Source: Crocosphaera subtropica ATCC 51142
GTDB taxonomy: Bacteria > Cyanobacteriota > Cyanobacteriia > Cyanobacteriales > Microcystaceae
Length of the DNA: 32,000 nucleotides
Assembly: GCF_000017845.1 (NCBI RefSeq)
Contig: NC_010546.1
Span: forward strand, 3,390,001 to 3,422,000
Reading direction: 5' to 3'
Positions 18,493 to 26,734 of this stretch are shown in pieces. The notes beneath the pieces are model-generated. The model was not told the DNA's origin, did no database searches, and worked only from the letters and a program-made list of their open reading frames with translations. Each line of letters opens with the position of its first letter. Within the stretch, counting starts at the first letter, position 1. Both the position numbers and the translations under genes were made by a program.

Positions 18493-19602
18493 ATGAGCAA
18501 ATATAGTTCCATTCAAGCTGAACAAATTAGAAAAATTGCCACTTATCTTAAGGAACAACGAGTTAAACAGGGTTTCAGTATTGAACAAATAGCATCGATG
18601 ACGTTTATCCGTTTACCGATGCTCAAAGCCTTAGAAAGTGCCAATATTGAACAGTTACCCGAATTAATTTATGTACAAGGGTTTATCCGTCGTTATGGAG
18701 AAGCTTTAGGGATTGATGGACACAGCTTATCCCATCAAATTAACGCTTCTCAGGTAGAAAAACCAACTATTTCCCCTAATTTAGTCTCCGCTCCAACTCA
18801 AGAATCTAGCGTAGGTCAAGAGGTTCCTGCGACTTTAGTTAATGAAGATAATAAGAAATCTGTTGCCGTTAAATCTAAACCCCGAACCTTAGTCCATCCT
18901 TCTGAAGAAACTGCTGAACCTTCTGAGGTTTCTTGGCTCAGACAACTAAAATTATACTGGATTTATTTACTGGTGTTAGGAGGAGCGATTGCAGGGTTAT
19001 TTTATCTCTTTTCCCGTCCCCCTGCTACCGAACAAACGGCACAAACGCAAGACACTGAAACGGTTACTCGGTCAACCAAACCAGAAACAACCGTCCCACT
19101 GACGCAACCGAGTTCCCCTATCACCAAACCTGAAGTAACTTCCCAACAGACTCAAACGGAGGAAACCGCCCAAACCACTGAAAATGCTAATACTCTCACC
19201 CAACCCGAAACCATTATTTCTTCTGAGGAACCGTCCCCTATTTTAGAGTCTCCTCAAGCAACTTTAGAAGCCACCACAAGCAACACCTCTGAGGCAACAG
19301 GGAATAGTACAATTTCCCCAGAAACTGCCAATAACACCATCAGCGAAACTGCCACAGAAAAAGCCATTACTGCTGCATTGCAACTCGAAGGAGACTCCTG
19401 GTTACAGGTTAGAGTCGATGGTGAGGTTGAATATGAGGGAATTTTAAAAGAAGGAGAGCAACAAAATTGGGATGCTCAAGAAACCTTAACCATTCGTGCT
19501 GGCAATGCAGGGGCTGTTAAGTTATCGGTTAATAATAAACCAGCAGAAGTTATAGGGGAATTAGGAGAGGTAAAAACCGTTGAAGTCACCCCCGATAGTT
19601 AA
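18493..19602 (+). CDS. rodZ: RodZ-like protein (N-terminal HTH, TM segment, T/Q/E/P-rich linker, C-terminal DUF4115)
   Basis: The HTH region reads GFSIEQIASMTFIRLPMLKALE...YVQGFIRRYGEALG. A TM helix (LYWIYLLVLGGAIAGLFYLF) follows. The C-terminal DSWLQVRVDGE...LTIRAGNAGAVKLSVNNKP is DUF4115-like. Confidence 0.7.
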   Translation: MSKYSSIQAEQIRKIATYLKEQRVKQGFSIEQIASMTFIRLPMLKALESANIEQLPELIYVQGFIRRYGEALGIDGHSLSHQINASQVEKPTISPNLVSAPTQESSVGQEVPATLVNEDNKKSVAVKSKPRTLVHPSEETAEPSEVSWLRQLKLYWIYLLVLGGAIAGLFYLFSRPPATEQTAQTQDTETVTRSTKPETTVPLTQPSSPITKPEVTSQQTQTEETAQTTENANTLTQPETIISSEEPSPILESPQATLEATTSNTSEATGNSTISPETANNTISETATEKAITAALQLEGDSWLQVRVDGEVEYEGILKEGEQQNWDAQETLTIRAGNAGAVKLSVNNKPAEVIGELGEVKTVEVTPDS

Positions 19603-19721
19603 TAGATACCTGGACAAACATCAACGTTATGGTTGAGATGAAGCAGTCCGCAGGAGTAGGGTTAAAATCGTGTTGACAATTGTTTACACAGTTCCCTTTA
19701 TTTATGTGGGACTACTTGATA

Positions 19722-19747
19722 GGGGCGAACCTTCGTTCGCCCTTTTA
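19722..19747 (+). terminator. intrinsic terminator hairpin between convergent rodZ-like and ycf54
   Basis: GGGCGAAC-cttc-GTTCGCCC (8-bp GC-rich stem, 19723-19742) is followed by TTTT. It overlaps the ycf54 stop codon on the other strand. Confidence 0.6.
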
Positions 19748-20128
19748 GATGTCGAGAGAATTGGCTTTTTTGGCCTCTTGTTCTGACATATGTAACGGAG
19801 ACGAAACTGGTTCTAAGGAAGCAAGCGGCTCAGGAATCGTCGGGGAAGGGGCTTCAAATTCTCCTTTAATCACATATTCTAAACGCAGTTTCAACCATGT
19901 AATAAATTCTGAATTTTTAGAAATAATGGCAGCAGAAGGTTGAGGACATTTTGCTCTGATTTCAGCAAATTCAGGGGCTTCAATAAAAGCAGGTTGTTTA
20001 ACTAACCAAAAATCCACTTCTTTGTTTTTTTCTTGGTAGTCTCTGGTTCTTTCTCTCAATACTTCATCAAGGGGTTCTTCTTCTAAAAGAAAACGTTGAC
20101 TGGCTAAAACGTAATAATAGGTGGTCAT
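19745..20128 (-). CDS. ycf54: Ycf54 (Mg-protoporphyrin IX monomethyl ester cyclase complex factor, DUF2488)
   Basis: MTTYYYVLASQRFLLEEEPLDEVLRERTRDYQEKNKEVDFWLV...FITWLKLRLEYV closely matches my recollection of Synechocystis Ycf54. Confidence 0.85.
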   Translation of the reverse strand: MTTYYYVLASQRFLLEEEPLDEVLRERTRDYQEKNKEVDFWLVKQPAFIEAPEFAEIRAKCPQPSAAIISKNSEFITWLKLRLEYVIKGEFEAPSPTIPEPLASLEPVSSPLHMSEQEAKKANSLDI

Positions 20129-20275
20129 TGCTGAATGATTAATTGCTATCTACCCAATTCCCATTATTCAACCCAAGGGGACATTATAGGTCAGGGTTTA
20201 TTAATAATTTATAATTGATAATTGTTCATCCCCTGCTTCCTCTCCCTACACAATTAGATATGGTATGGTCAAATA

Positions 20276-20998
20276 TTACAACTCCCCTCTCATGGCTAGT
20301 TTCATCTCTCTAACCGCTCTTTCCATACCTACTAACACCGCACGACTGACAATCGTATGACCAATATTTAACTCTTCCATGCCTGGTAAACAAGCCACAG
20401 GATAAACATTAATATAGGTTAATCCATGACCCGCATTAACCCGCAATCCTAAGCTTAATGCTTGCTCACAGCCTAGTTTTAAGGATTCTAATTCTTTTTG
20501 ACGAATTTCTGCATTCGGTGCATCGGCATATTTCCCCGTATGAAGTTCGATAAACTTGGCTTGAGTCTCAGCCGAAGCTTTAATCTGTGCCTCATCTGCG
20601 TCGATAAATAGGCTCACAGGGATGTTTGCACTTTGAAGACGATCAACCACGTTTTTTAACTTTTCGAGGCTTCCAGCGATATCTAAGCCCCCTTCTGTGG
20701 TCACTTCTTCCCGTTTCTCTGGCACGAGGGTAACGTAGTCCGGTTTAATATCAAGGGCGATCGCTACCATTTCCTCAGTGGCAGCCATTTCTAAGTTAAG
20801 GTGAGTGCGAACGGTTTCCCTGAGTATGCGAATATCTCGATCTTGCATATGACGACGATCTTCCCTTAAATGGGCTGTAATGCCGTTTGCCCCCCCTAAC
20901 TCTGCTAAGACTGCGGCAGCAACGGGATCAGGCTCTACAGTTCGTCTAGCTTGGCGAATGGTGGCAACGTGATCGATATTAACACCCAGTGTGAGCAA
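20276..20998 (-). CDS. pdxJ: pyridoxine 5'-phosphate synthase
   Basis: [41 protein letters not shown] and NAGHGL are PdxJ signatures. The product is 240 aa. Confidence 0.92.
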   Translation of the reverse strand: MLTLGVNIDHVATIRQARRTVEPDPVAAAVLAELGGANGITAHLREDRRHMQDRDIRILRETVRTHLNLEMAATEEMVAIALDIKPDYVTLVPEKREEVTTEGGLDIAGSLEKLKNVVDRLQSANIPVSLFIDADEAQIKASAETQAKFIELHTGKYADAPNAEIRQKELESLKLGCEQALSLGLRVNAGHGLTYINVYPVACLPGMEELNIGHTIVSRAVLVGMERAVREMKLAMRGEL

Positions 20999-21112
20999 TT
21001 TTGTGTCTCCTTTTTATTTTAACCCTTGTCTAATTTATCAAAAAAGAGTGAGCTTTTTAACTATTTTTAGGGAATTCTATGATTAATTCATTATTAATTT
21101 CATTCTTTGGCT

Positions 21113-21676
21113 ATGGAGATTTTAATTGATTATCCTGAGGAATACGATTTAGATAAAATTCTACAATTACAAGAAGATTCTATTCGTTTTCTATGCGCTG
21201 ATTTTTATAATACTCAAAAAATTCAGTCTTTAGTGACTAATCAAAAACGAATAAGAACTCAATATTATAATCGGGAACAAATAATTATCGCAAAACTTGA
21301 GCAAGAATATGTAGGATTTGCTAGTTTAGATATGTATTTACCTGAAATTACAGGTATTTATATCCATCCTAATTATGTCCGTCAAAGAATTGGAACAAAA
21401 CTACTCAAAAAAATAGAAGAATTAGCTATTGAACAAGGTTACAAATTTCTCTATACAATGTCATCAATGAATGCGATTAAATTTTATGAAAGCAATGGTT
21501 ACTGTTTGGTGGGATTATCTGGGTTTTGGTCAGATAAGAATGTCTGGATATCTTGTGCCAATATGAAAAAAATTTTAGTCGCTAAAAGCAAACAAGATCA
21601 ATTAACAGAAATAATATCTTGTATTGTCTTTTGCCTGATTGTATTTTTTCTTTTGATACTACCTTATTTAATGTAA
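21113..21676 (+). CDS. GNAT-family N-acetyltransferase with a C-terminal hydrophobic tail
   Basis: The acetyl-CoA motif A region reads IYIHPNYVRQRIGTKLLKKIEELAIEQGY...FYESNGY. A C-terminal TM-like segment reads IISCIVFCLIVFFLLILPYL. I prefer the ATG at 21113 over the TTG at 21107. Confidence 0.75.
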   Translation: MEILIDYPEEYDLDKILQLQEDSIRFLCADFYNTQKIQSLVTNQKRIRTQYYNREQIIIAKLEQEYVGFASLDMYLPEITGIYIHPNYVRQRIGTKLLKKIEELAIEQGYKFLYTMSSMNAIKFYESNGYCLVGLSGFWSDKNVWISCANMKKILVAKSKQDQLTEIISCIVFCLIVFFLLILPYLM

Positions 21677-21785
21677 GATTTTTGACTATTAAATAAATTA
21701 TACTTTAAATCACTTATAATCTATTTTTTCAAAAGAGTTTTTTCTTTATAAGTTTTACTATAATCAGAAATATTTTAAAGCAATT

Positions 21786-22406
21786 TTACTTTAATTGTGC
21801 TACTTGAAAAATGGTATCAGTCGTTAATTCCAGTTCAGGAAAGATACTTGATTTTAAGCGATCGCCTTTAACATACTTTTCCATCTGATATTCCCCTTCA
21901 ATTAACTGACAGATGGTAATCGTTGGTTGCTTGGGTTTACCAATATGACGAACGGCCCCTACACCCCGATAATCAACAATCCAATATTCAATAATTCCCA
22001 TGGCTTCATACTCAACAAATTTATGGCCATAATCATCTCGCCAGTTCATACTAACCACTTCAATGACCAAGGGAACCGTCTGACTATTTTGAATCACTGA
22101 TAATTTTTCCCACAGAGGTTCATTTTTGAGATGTTCTCGATTAATAACGGCTACATCGGGGAGGTATCCAGAACGAGGGGCAAGGGGTTTGATTAGACAG
22201 TTTTTAGGAATAGAATAGGGCAGATTTTGTTTACGAATTTCTAAGTTTAATTCTGCAATCAAAAAACCACTAATGTCTTCATGAGAACCGGTGGGAAGCA
22301 TTTCAACTATTACACCTTCAATTAATTCATAGGTTTTTTCATTTTCTGGATACCATTCTAGAAACTCCTCAAAACTTATCGGTTGAATTTGTAGGTTTGT
22401 AACCAT
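21786..22406 (-). CDS. Uma2-family (DUF820) restriction-endonuclease-fold protein
   Basis: EFLEWYPENEKTYELIEGVIVEM, YLPDVAVI and PLVIEVVSMNW form a PD-(D/E)xK-like arrangement typical of Uma2. Confidence 0.8.
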   Translation of the reverse strand: MVTNLQIQPISFEEFLEWYPENEKTYELIEGVIVEMLPTGSHEDISGFLIAELNLEIRKQNLPYSIPKNCLIKPLAPRSGYLPDVAVINREHLKNEPLWEKLSVIQNSQTVPLVIEVVSMNWRDDYGHKFVEYEAMGIIEYWIVDYRGVGAVRHIGKPKQPTITICQLIEGEYQMEKYVKGDRLKSSIFPELELTTDTIFQVAQLK

Positions 22407-22448
22407 TTCAATCCCTCACAAATATCTTTATCATTTTTTCTGTTAATC

Positions 22449-23138
22449 TTAGCCAAATAAATTATATTTCAAAATACAATAAATCGCTTGAAATCCATCT
22501 TTCCAACCAATTTTTTTACCTTCTTTGTAGGTTCTTCCATAATAAGAAATACCAACTTCATAAATACGACAGCCCATTTTAACCACTTTTGCTGTAATTT
22601 CTGGTTCAAACCCAAAACGACTTTCTTTAATTTTAATAGATTGAATCACTTCTCGTTTAAAGGCTTTATAACAAGTTTCCATATCCGTTAAATTAATATT
22701 AGTCAACATATTGGATAAGGTGGTTAAAAATTTATTACCTACCATGTGCCAATAATAAACCACTCTGTGGGGACGACTTCCCTGAAAACGAGAACCGAAA
22801 ACTACATCCGCTTTACCTTTTATAATCGGTTCTATCATTAAAGGATACTCTTGAGGATCATATTCTAAATCAGCATCTTGAACAATAACAATATCCCCTG
22901 TTACTGCTGCAAAACCTGTCCTTAATGCAGCCCCTTTACCTTTATTTTTATGATGATAAATAACTTGATCAACTTCACTTTCTAGCTTAGCTTGTAGCAG
23001 TTCTCTCGTTCCATCCGTTGAACAATCATCTACTATCACAATCTCACAATTTTTCACAGGAGATGCTTTTACTGCTTCAATCACTTGACCAATCGTCCCA
23101 ATTTCATTAAAACAGGGAATCACAACAGATAATTTCAT
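22449..23138 (-). CDS. family 2 glycosyltransferase (dolichyl-phosphate-sugar synthase-like)
   Basis: KLSVVIPCFNE, IVIVDDCSTDGT and VQDADLEYDP are GT2 GT-A fold motifs. The product is 229 aa. Confidence 0.85.
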   Translation of the reverse strand: MKLSVVIPCFNEIGTIGQVIEAVKASPVKNCEIVIVDDCSTDGTRELLQAKLESEVDQVIYHHKNKGKGAALRTGFAAVTGDIVIVQDADLEYDPQEYPLMIEPIIKGKADVVFGSRFQGSRPHRVVYYWHMVGNKFLTTLSNMLTNINLTDMETCYKAFKREVIQSIKIKESRFGFEPEITAKVVKMGCRIYEVGISYYGRTYKEGKKIGWKDGFQAIYCILKYNLFG

Positions 23139-23187
23139 TTTCTAAACTTCCCACACACCACATTTGAGCAATTTTCTTATTCCCAAG

Positions 23188-23217
23188 ACTATAACAATAT
23201 CAACTCGGATATGTCAA
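23188..23217 (-). promoter_or_regulatory. sigma70-type promoter candidate for the GT2 gene
   Basis: On the minus strand, TTGACA (23212-23217) is separated by 18 nt from TATAGT (23188-23193). The site lies about 50 nt upstream of the ATG at 23138. This is motif evidence only. Confidence 0.35.
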
Positions 23218-23473
23218 TTGAGAAATTTTAATCCAGCAAAACTAAGAGACAGTCATTAAGTATAAATAGTTCCCCTGTTTATAATTTTTTATTTTTCATA
23301 AAAATTAATGTTAAGCTGCTGTACGATTCAAGTTTTGTAAGGTGAGCAATTTTTTTTCATTTATAGATAGTTGAAGCAAGTTTTTGATTTGCCCACCCTA
23401 CGGTTTATATATTTTCTTTATAAATATATAAATCGTCTTTTGTCCTTCTTTTATTTTCTATAATAATCAATAT

Positions 23474-25504
23474 TTATGTTGTCTCCTGAGACTTTAATTC
23501 ATAGCCTTCTAAGATTAAATTATTTTCTTTTAAACAGTCTAACCATCCTAACAACCGGTTGACTTTACGATAGTCATCTAATAATCCTAATTCTTGTTCT
23601 TTTTCCGTTAACTGTTTAAAGGTTTCATGCAAAGGGTAATCAGGAGACACTAAACTATCTTTATAATGTAAAATGGGGGGGTTATCATCCTCTGCATAAT
23701 CAGAATAATTAACTCGTAAATTGCTTAATTGAATTTGCATCCGACTATGAAGACGGGGATGAGCATTATTATCAAAATCGGGATAAAATAGATAAGTAAT
23801 CTTAGGAATACGCCAAGAAAATTGGATAACATTGGCTTCTTCTAATCGTCCCACCGTACGACTGGCGCAACCTTCATATAAACGCAATAAAGGTTCTAAA
23901 GTTTCTAAAACACTAATATGAACGAGGAGAGAATTTTTCAGTTTTCTGCCAATGGTTTGCTTTTGACACAGTTGGGCAATAATTTCTAAATTTCCGACTT
24001 GGTATAACATAGCATCAGCCATGATACAAGCACTATTATAACTGCCAAATAATGACTTAATATCTTGTTTAACTTCTGGGGATAATTCCCGCATTTTTGG
24101 ACGGCGATCAAATTGACTTAAGGCCAAATATAATAATAAATCTTGACGACGTTTTTCTGTAATCATATCCCAATCATCTTCTTGAGTAACTTGTAAAATA
24201 ACCTTAAATGCTTGGCGGAAACTTCTAAATTCTTCTTTTAATGCTACTTCATTTTTTAGTTCTCCTTTAGCTGGTAATCGTCCCCGTTCGGTGTAAAATT
24301 CCATTAAGGGTTGTAGCAAGTATTCATAGTCTTCAAATCGTCTAACTTTGGTGATTAATCTGGGAGTTTTTGCCCTAGAATGGAAGCGAGAGGCACGGAA
24401 TTTTTGCGACTCTAGCTCATCTCGAAACACTAAATAAATACCTAATCCGATGGGTATTGAATCAACCTCTAAAACTTGATCAATATAAAATTTTAGTTCT
24501 TCTTGTTCATAATACTTTTGAAAGGTATTACGATTAGTAATAATCCCATCTCCGTAGGCAATAACACCTCTATCTCGATCATCGATTAAAACCTGTGCAG
24601 AAACAATTAAAACTTTATTAGTTAATTCCCACGCATTTAGTAATGCTTCCCGTCTCTCTTTGATATCTTCAATGACATTAATAACATACCCTAAATTAAC
24701 AATATCGGCGATCGCTTTTTGATTATCGGGACAATAATAAGGGTCCCATCCTTGACTTTTATACCCTGCTTCGGCAATTCTTTCCACATCCCCCCCGTAA
24801 CCGCATCCGTAGTCAAAAAAAGTGGTTTCTTCCTCGAATAATAATAAGTCTAATGCTAAACGAACGGGACGAGATAAGGTATTTCTAACAATAGCGGCTT
24901 TATGTCTTTCTATTTGAATATTAACGGTTTCTTTAGGAAAAATAGGACAATGACACGCCAAATAATGCCCCTCGAAAATAATCCGTTTACGATTTAATCT
25001 TTTTTCCCATTCCTGTTTAGTTCCGATAGGTGCATTTAATGTTAATAATTCTAATGCTTCCTCCATCTTAGTTAAATGGGCAAACATTTCATAATGAGCA
25101 TAATCAGGGGTAATAAAAGTTTCTTTCCTATGAAGAATAGGCGGGTTTCTTTTCTTTTTATAGTCCCAATAACTAACTTGTTCTGTATCCAGATTAATAA
25201 CAATACTTAACGTTAATGCAGGATGAGGATCACTATCAAATTGGGGATAAAATAAATAAGAAATAATGGGCTTATCTGTATTGAATTTTATAATCGTTGC
25301 CCCTTCAATATCTTCAGTTAGTCTGGCTTTTTTTTCGTATTCTTGTAATCTTATGTCAAGACAATTAATGGCACTAACATGAACATATAAAGCCGTGGGT
25401 AACTGTTTACCGATAGAACTTTTTTTACAACAATAAATAATTTCGCTAAAATAATCAGTGGTGAGGAACATAATAGTTTTAAATTTATTCGGATAAATCT
25501 CCAA
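23474..25504 (-). CDS. 676-aa SAM-dependent methyltransferase with duplicated flanking domains; core resembles the 'DNA phosphorothioation-associated putative methyltransferase' family (TIGR04096, from memory)
   Basis: Class-I MTase motif I is FFDYGCGYGGD (24788-24820), with ADIVNLGYVINVIED downstream. A helical region follows (RRQDLLLYLALSQFDRRPK...DIKSLFGSYN). The N-terminal (aa about 18-182) and C-terminal (aa about 504-672) domains are clearly paralogous. An alternative start is the ATG at 25471. Confidence 0.6.
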   Translation of the reverse strand: MEIYPNKFKTIMFLTTDYFSEIIYCCKKSSIGKQLPTALYVHVSAINCLDIRLQEYEKKARLTEDIEGATIIKFNTDKPIISYLFYPQFDSDPHPALTLSIVINLDTEQVSYWDYKKKRNPPILHRKETFITPDYAHYEMFAHLTKMEEALELLTLNAPIGTKQEWEKRLNRKRIIFEGHYLACHCPIFPKETVNIQIERHKAAIVRNTLSRPVRLALDLLLFEEETTFFDYGCGYGGDVERIAEAGYKSQGWDPYYCPDNQKAIADIVNLGYVINVIEDIKERREALLNAWELTNKVLIVSAQVLIDDRDRGVIAYGDGIITNRNTFQKYYEQEELKFYIDQVLEVDSIPIGLGIYLVFRDELESQKFRASRFHSRAKTPRLITKVRRFEDYEYLLQPLMEFYTERGRLPAKGELKNEVALKEEFRSFRQAFKVILQVTQEDDWDMITEKRRQDLLLYLALSQFDRRPKMRELSPEVKQDIKSLFGSYNSACIMADAMLYQVGNLEIIAQLCQKQTIGRKLKNSLLVHISVLETLEPLLRLYEGCASRTVGRLEEANVIQFSWRIPKITYLFYPDFDNNAHPRLHSRMQIQLSNLRVNYSDYAEDDNPPILHYKDSLVSPDYPLHETFKQLTEKEQELGLLDDYRKVNRLLGWLDCLKENNLILEGYELKSQETT

Positions 25505-26156
25505 ACTGTTGACGATATTTTTCTAACATCGATTCCATTTCAGACACCTTTCGTTTTTCCTCTTCTAACTCGGCTTCTTTTTCTTTCAAAGCGGCTGCCA
25601 ACTCTTCAGGAATTAATAATTTTTTTCCTGTATCTTCCCGATAAAAACCAATTAATTGACCTTCAACTTTCAACTGTAGCTGTAACGGTTTACTCCGATT
25701 ATCTTCAATGATTTCATAAACATTATTTCTTAAACGATAACCTATCAATTTTTCGTTAATCCATTCCCCTTTAGGATCAAATAACCAATATTCTTGAACT
25801 CCTAATTGTTCATATAATGTCTTTTTAAATTCTTGATCTTGACTTTTTGTCCCTGGAGAAGTCATCTCAAAAATTACTTGAGGAACCTCTTTTTCTTCCC
25901 ATATTTTATAATTATCCCGTCCCCCCGGTTTCACATTAAAGATTACCATAACATCAGGGGCAACTCGCATTCTAGGAAGTCCTTGACTATAATACACAAA
26001 TTGATTCGCTAATACAGTCGCTTGTTGTCCCGATAAATACTGTTTTAGCACTTCTAACGTGGTTAAAATAGCATATAAATGAATATAAGTTTCTGCCGCA
26101 GGTTCACCGTCTGAACTGGGATAAATAATATCAGTTTTAGAAACTGCTTCTAACAT
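25485..26156 (-). CDS. Uma2-family (DUF820) nuclease-fold protein with a C-terminal coiled-coil tail
   Basis: YPSSDGEPAAET, APDVMVIF and PQVIFEMTSPGT are Uma2 motifs, followed by an E/K-rich helical tail. The 3' end overlaps the downstream methyltransferase ORF by 20 nt. Confidence 0.8.
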   Translation of the reverse strand: MLEAVSKTDIIYPSSDGEPAAETYIHLYAILTTLEVLKQYLSGQQATVLANQFVYYSQGLPRMRVAPDVMVIFNVKPGGRDNYKIWEEKEVPQVIFEMTSPGTKSQDQEFKKTLYEQLGVQEYWLFDPKGEWINEKLIGYRLRNNVYEIIEDNRSKPLQLQLKVEGQLIGFYREDTGKKLLIPEELAAALKEKEAELEEEKRKVSEMESMLEKYRQQFGDLSE

Positions 26157-26294
26157 AAACTGTACACTCGCATTCAGTTTTTTGTTGTCTTCTTAACATT
26201 GTAGGCAAAGATGCCCAATTTGGAGTAGTCAGAGATAGCTAAATCTTTTACAATTGGATTTAGTTACAAAACTTCACACATTAAAAATATAGCC

Positions 26295-26579
26295 ATGAAT
26301 GATCGTAAAAAACGTATTCTCGAACACTTAAAACAGAGTACCAACGGAACGCAATATATTTCACCTAAAAATACCTCTAACCCAACACCAACCCCTCCCC
26401 CTACTCCTGAACCGATTCCTGAACCTAAACCAGTGTCAAAGCCCACTCTAAAAGAAGACCGCAAGCAAAAAATCATGGCCCATGTGAACACCAGTAGCCA
26501 AAACTTTGGTAGCTTCTCTCTAAAAGATGATAGCAAGAAAAAGAAAATTGAGGAACATATCCGCAAAAGTTTAAGTTAA
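26295..26579 (+). CDS. hypothetical 94-aa protein with three basic repeats and a Pro/Thr-rich linker
   Basis: The repeats are RKKRILEHLKQS (aa 4-15), RKQKIMAHVNTS (aa 56-67) and KKKKIEEHIRKS (aa 81-92), plus a PTPTPPPTPEPIPEPKP linker. The overlapping minus-strand ORF (26264-26566) looks like its antisense shadow. Confidence 0.5.
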   Translation: MNDRKKRILEHLKQSTNGTQYISPKNTSNPTPTPPPTPEPIPEPKPVSKPTLKEDRKQKIMAHVNTSSQNFGSFSLKDDSKKKKIEEHIRKSLS

Positions 26580-26587
26580 TAACCTCT

Positions 26588-26615
26588 GTAGGGGTAATTC
26601 ATTAATTATCTCTAC
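26588..26615 (+). terminator. hairpin between convergent genes (palindromic-element type)
   Basis: GTAGGGGTAATT-catt-AATTATCTCTAC forms a 12-bp stem with two G-U pairs when read as plus-strand RNA. It starts 9 nt after the stop of the 94-aa ORF. There is no clear U-tract. Confidence 0.3.
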
Positions 26616-26734
26616 CAACTTCTATGATTTCTGTGTATTCAAACTCATTAGACATCTCCAAGAATCCATAACCCAGTTACAGCAATGAAAACAGGCAGAT
26701 TAAACTTGAAGTCAAAATTAGCCTTCAGAACGAA

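Noticed and set aside
19749-19943. A plus-strand 64-aa ORF.
   Set aside because: It is antisense to ycf54, whose product is recognisable along its full length.
22488-22691. A plus-strand 67-aa ORF.
   Set aside because: It is antisense to the GT2 glycosyltransferase, and the Phe/Asn-rich product is an artefact.
26264-26566. A minus-strand 100-aa ORF that would extend the minus-strand gene series.
   Set aside because: Its Gly-rich run is simply the complement of the Pro-rich linker of the plus-strand ORF. The product is Phe/Cys/Leu-rich, while the plus frame has an orderly triple repeat. The decision is not certain, so it is also flagged in the findings.
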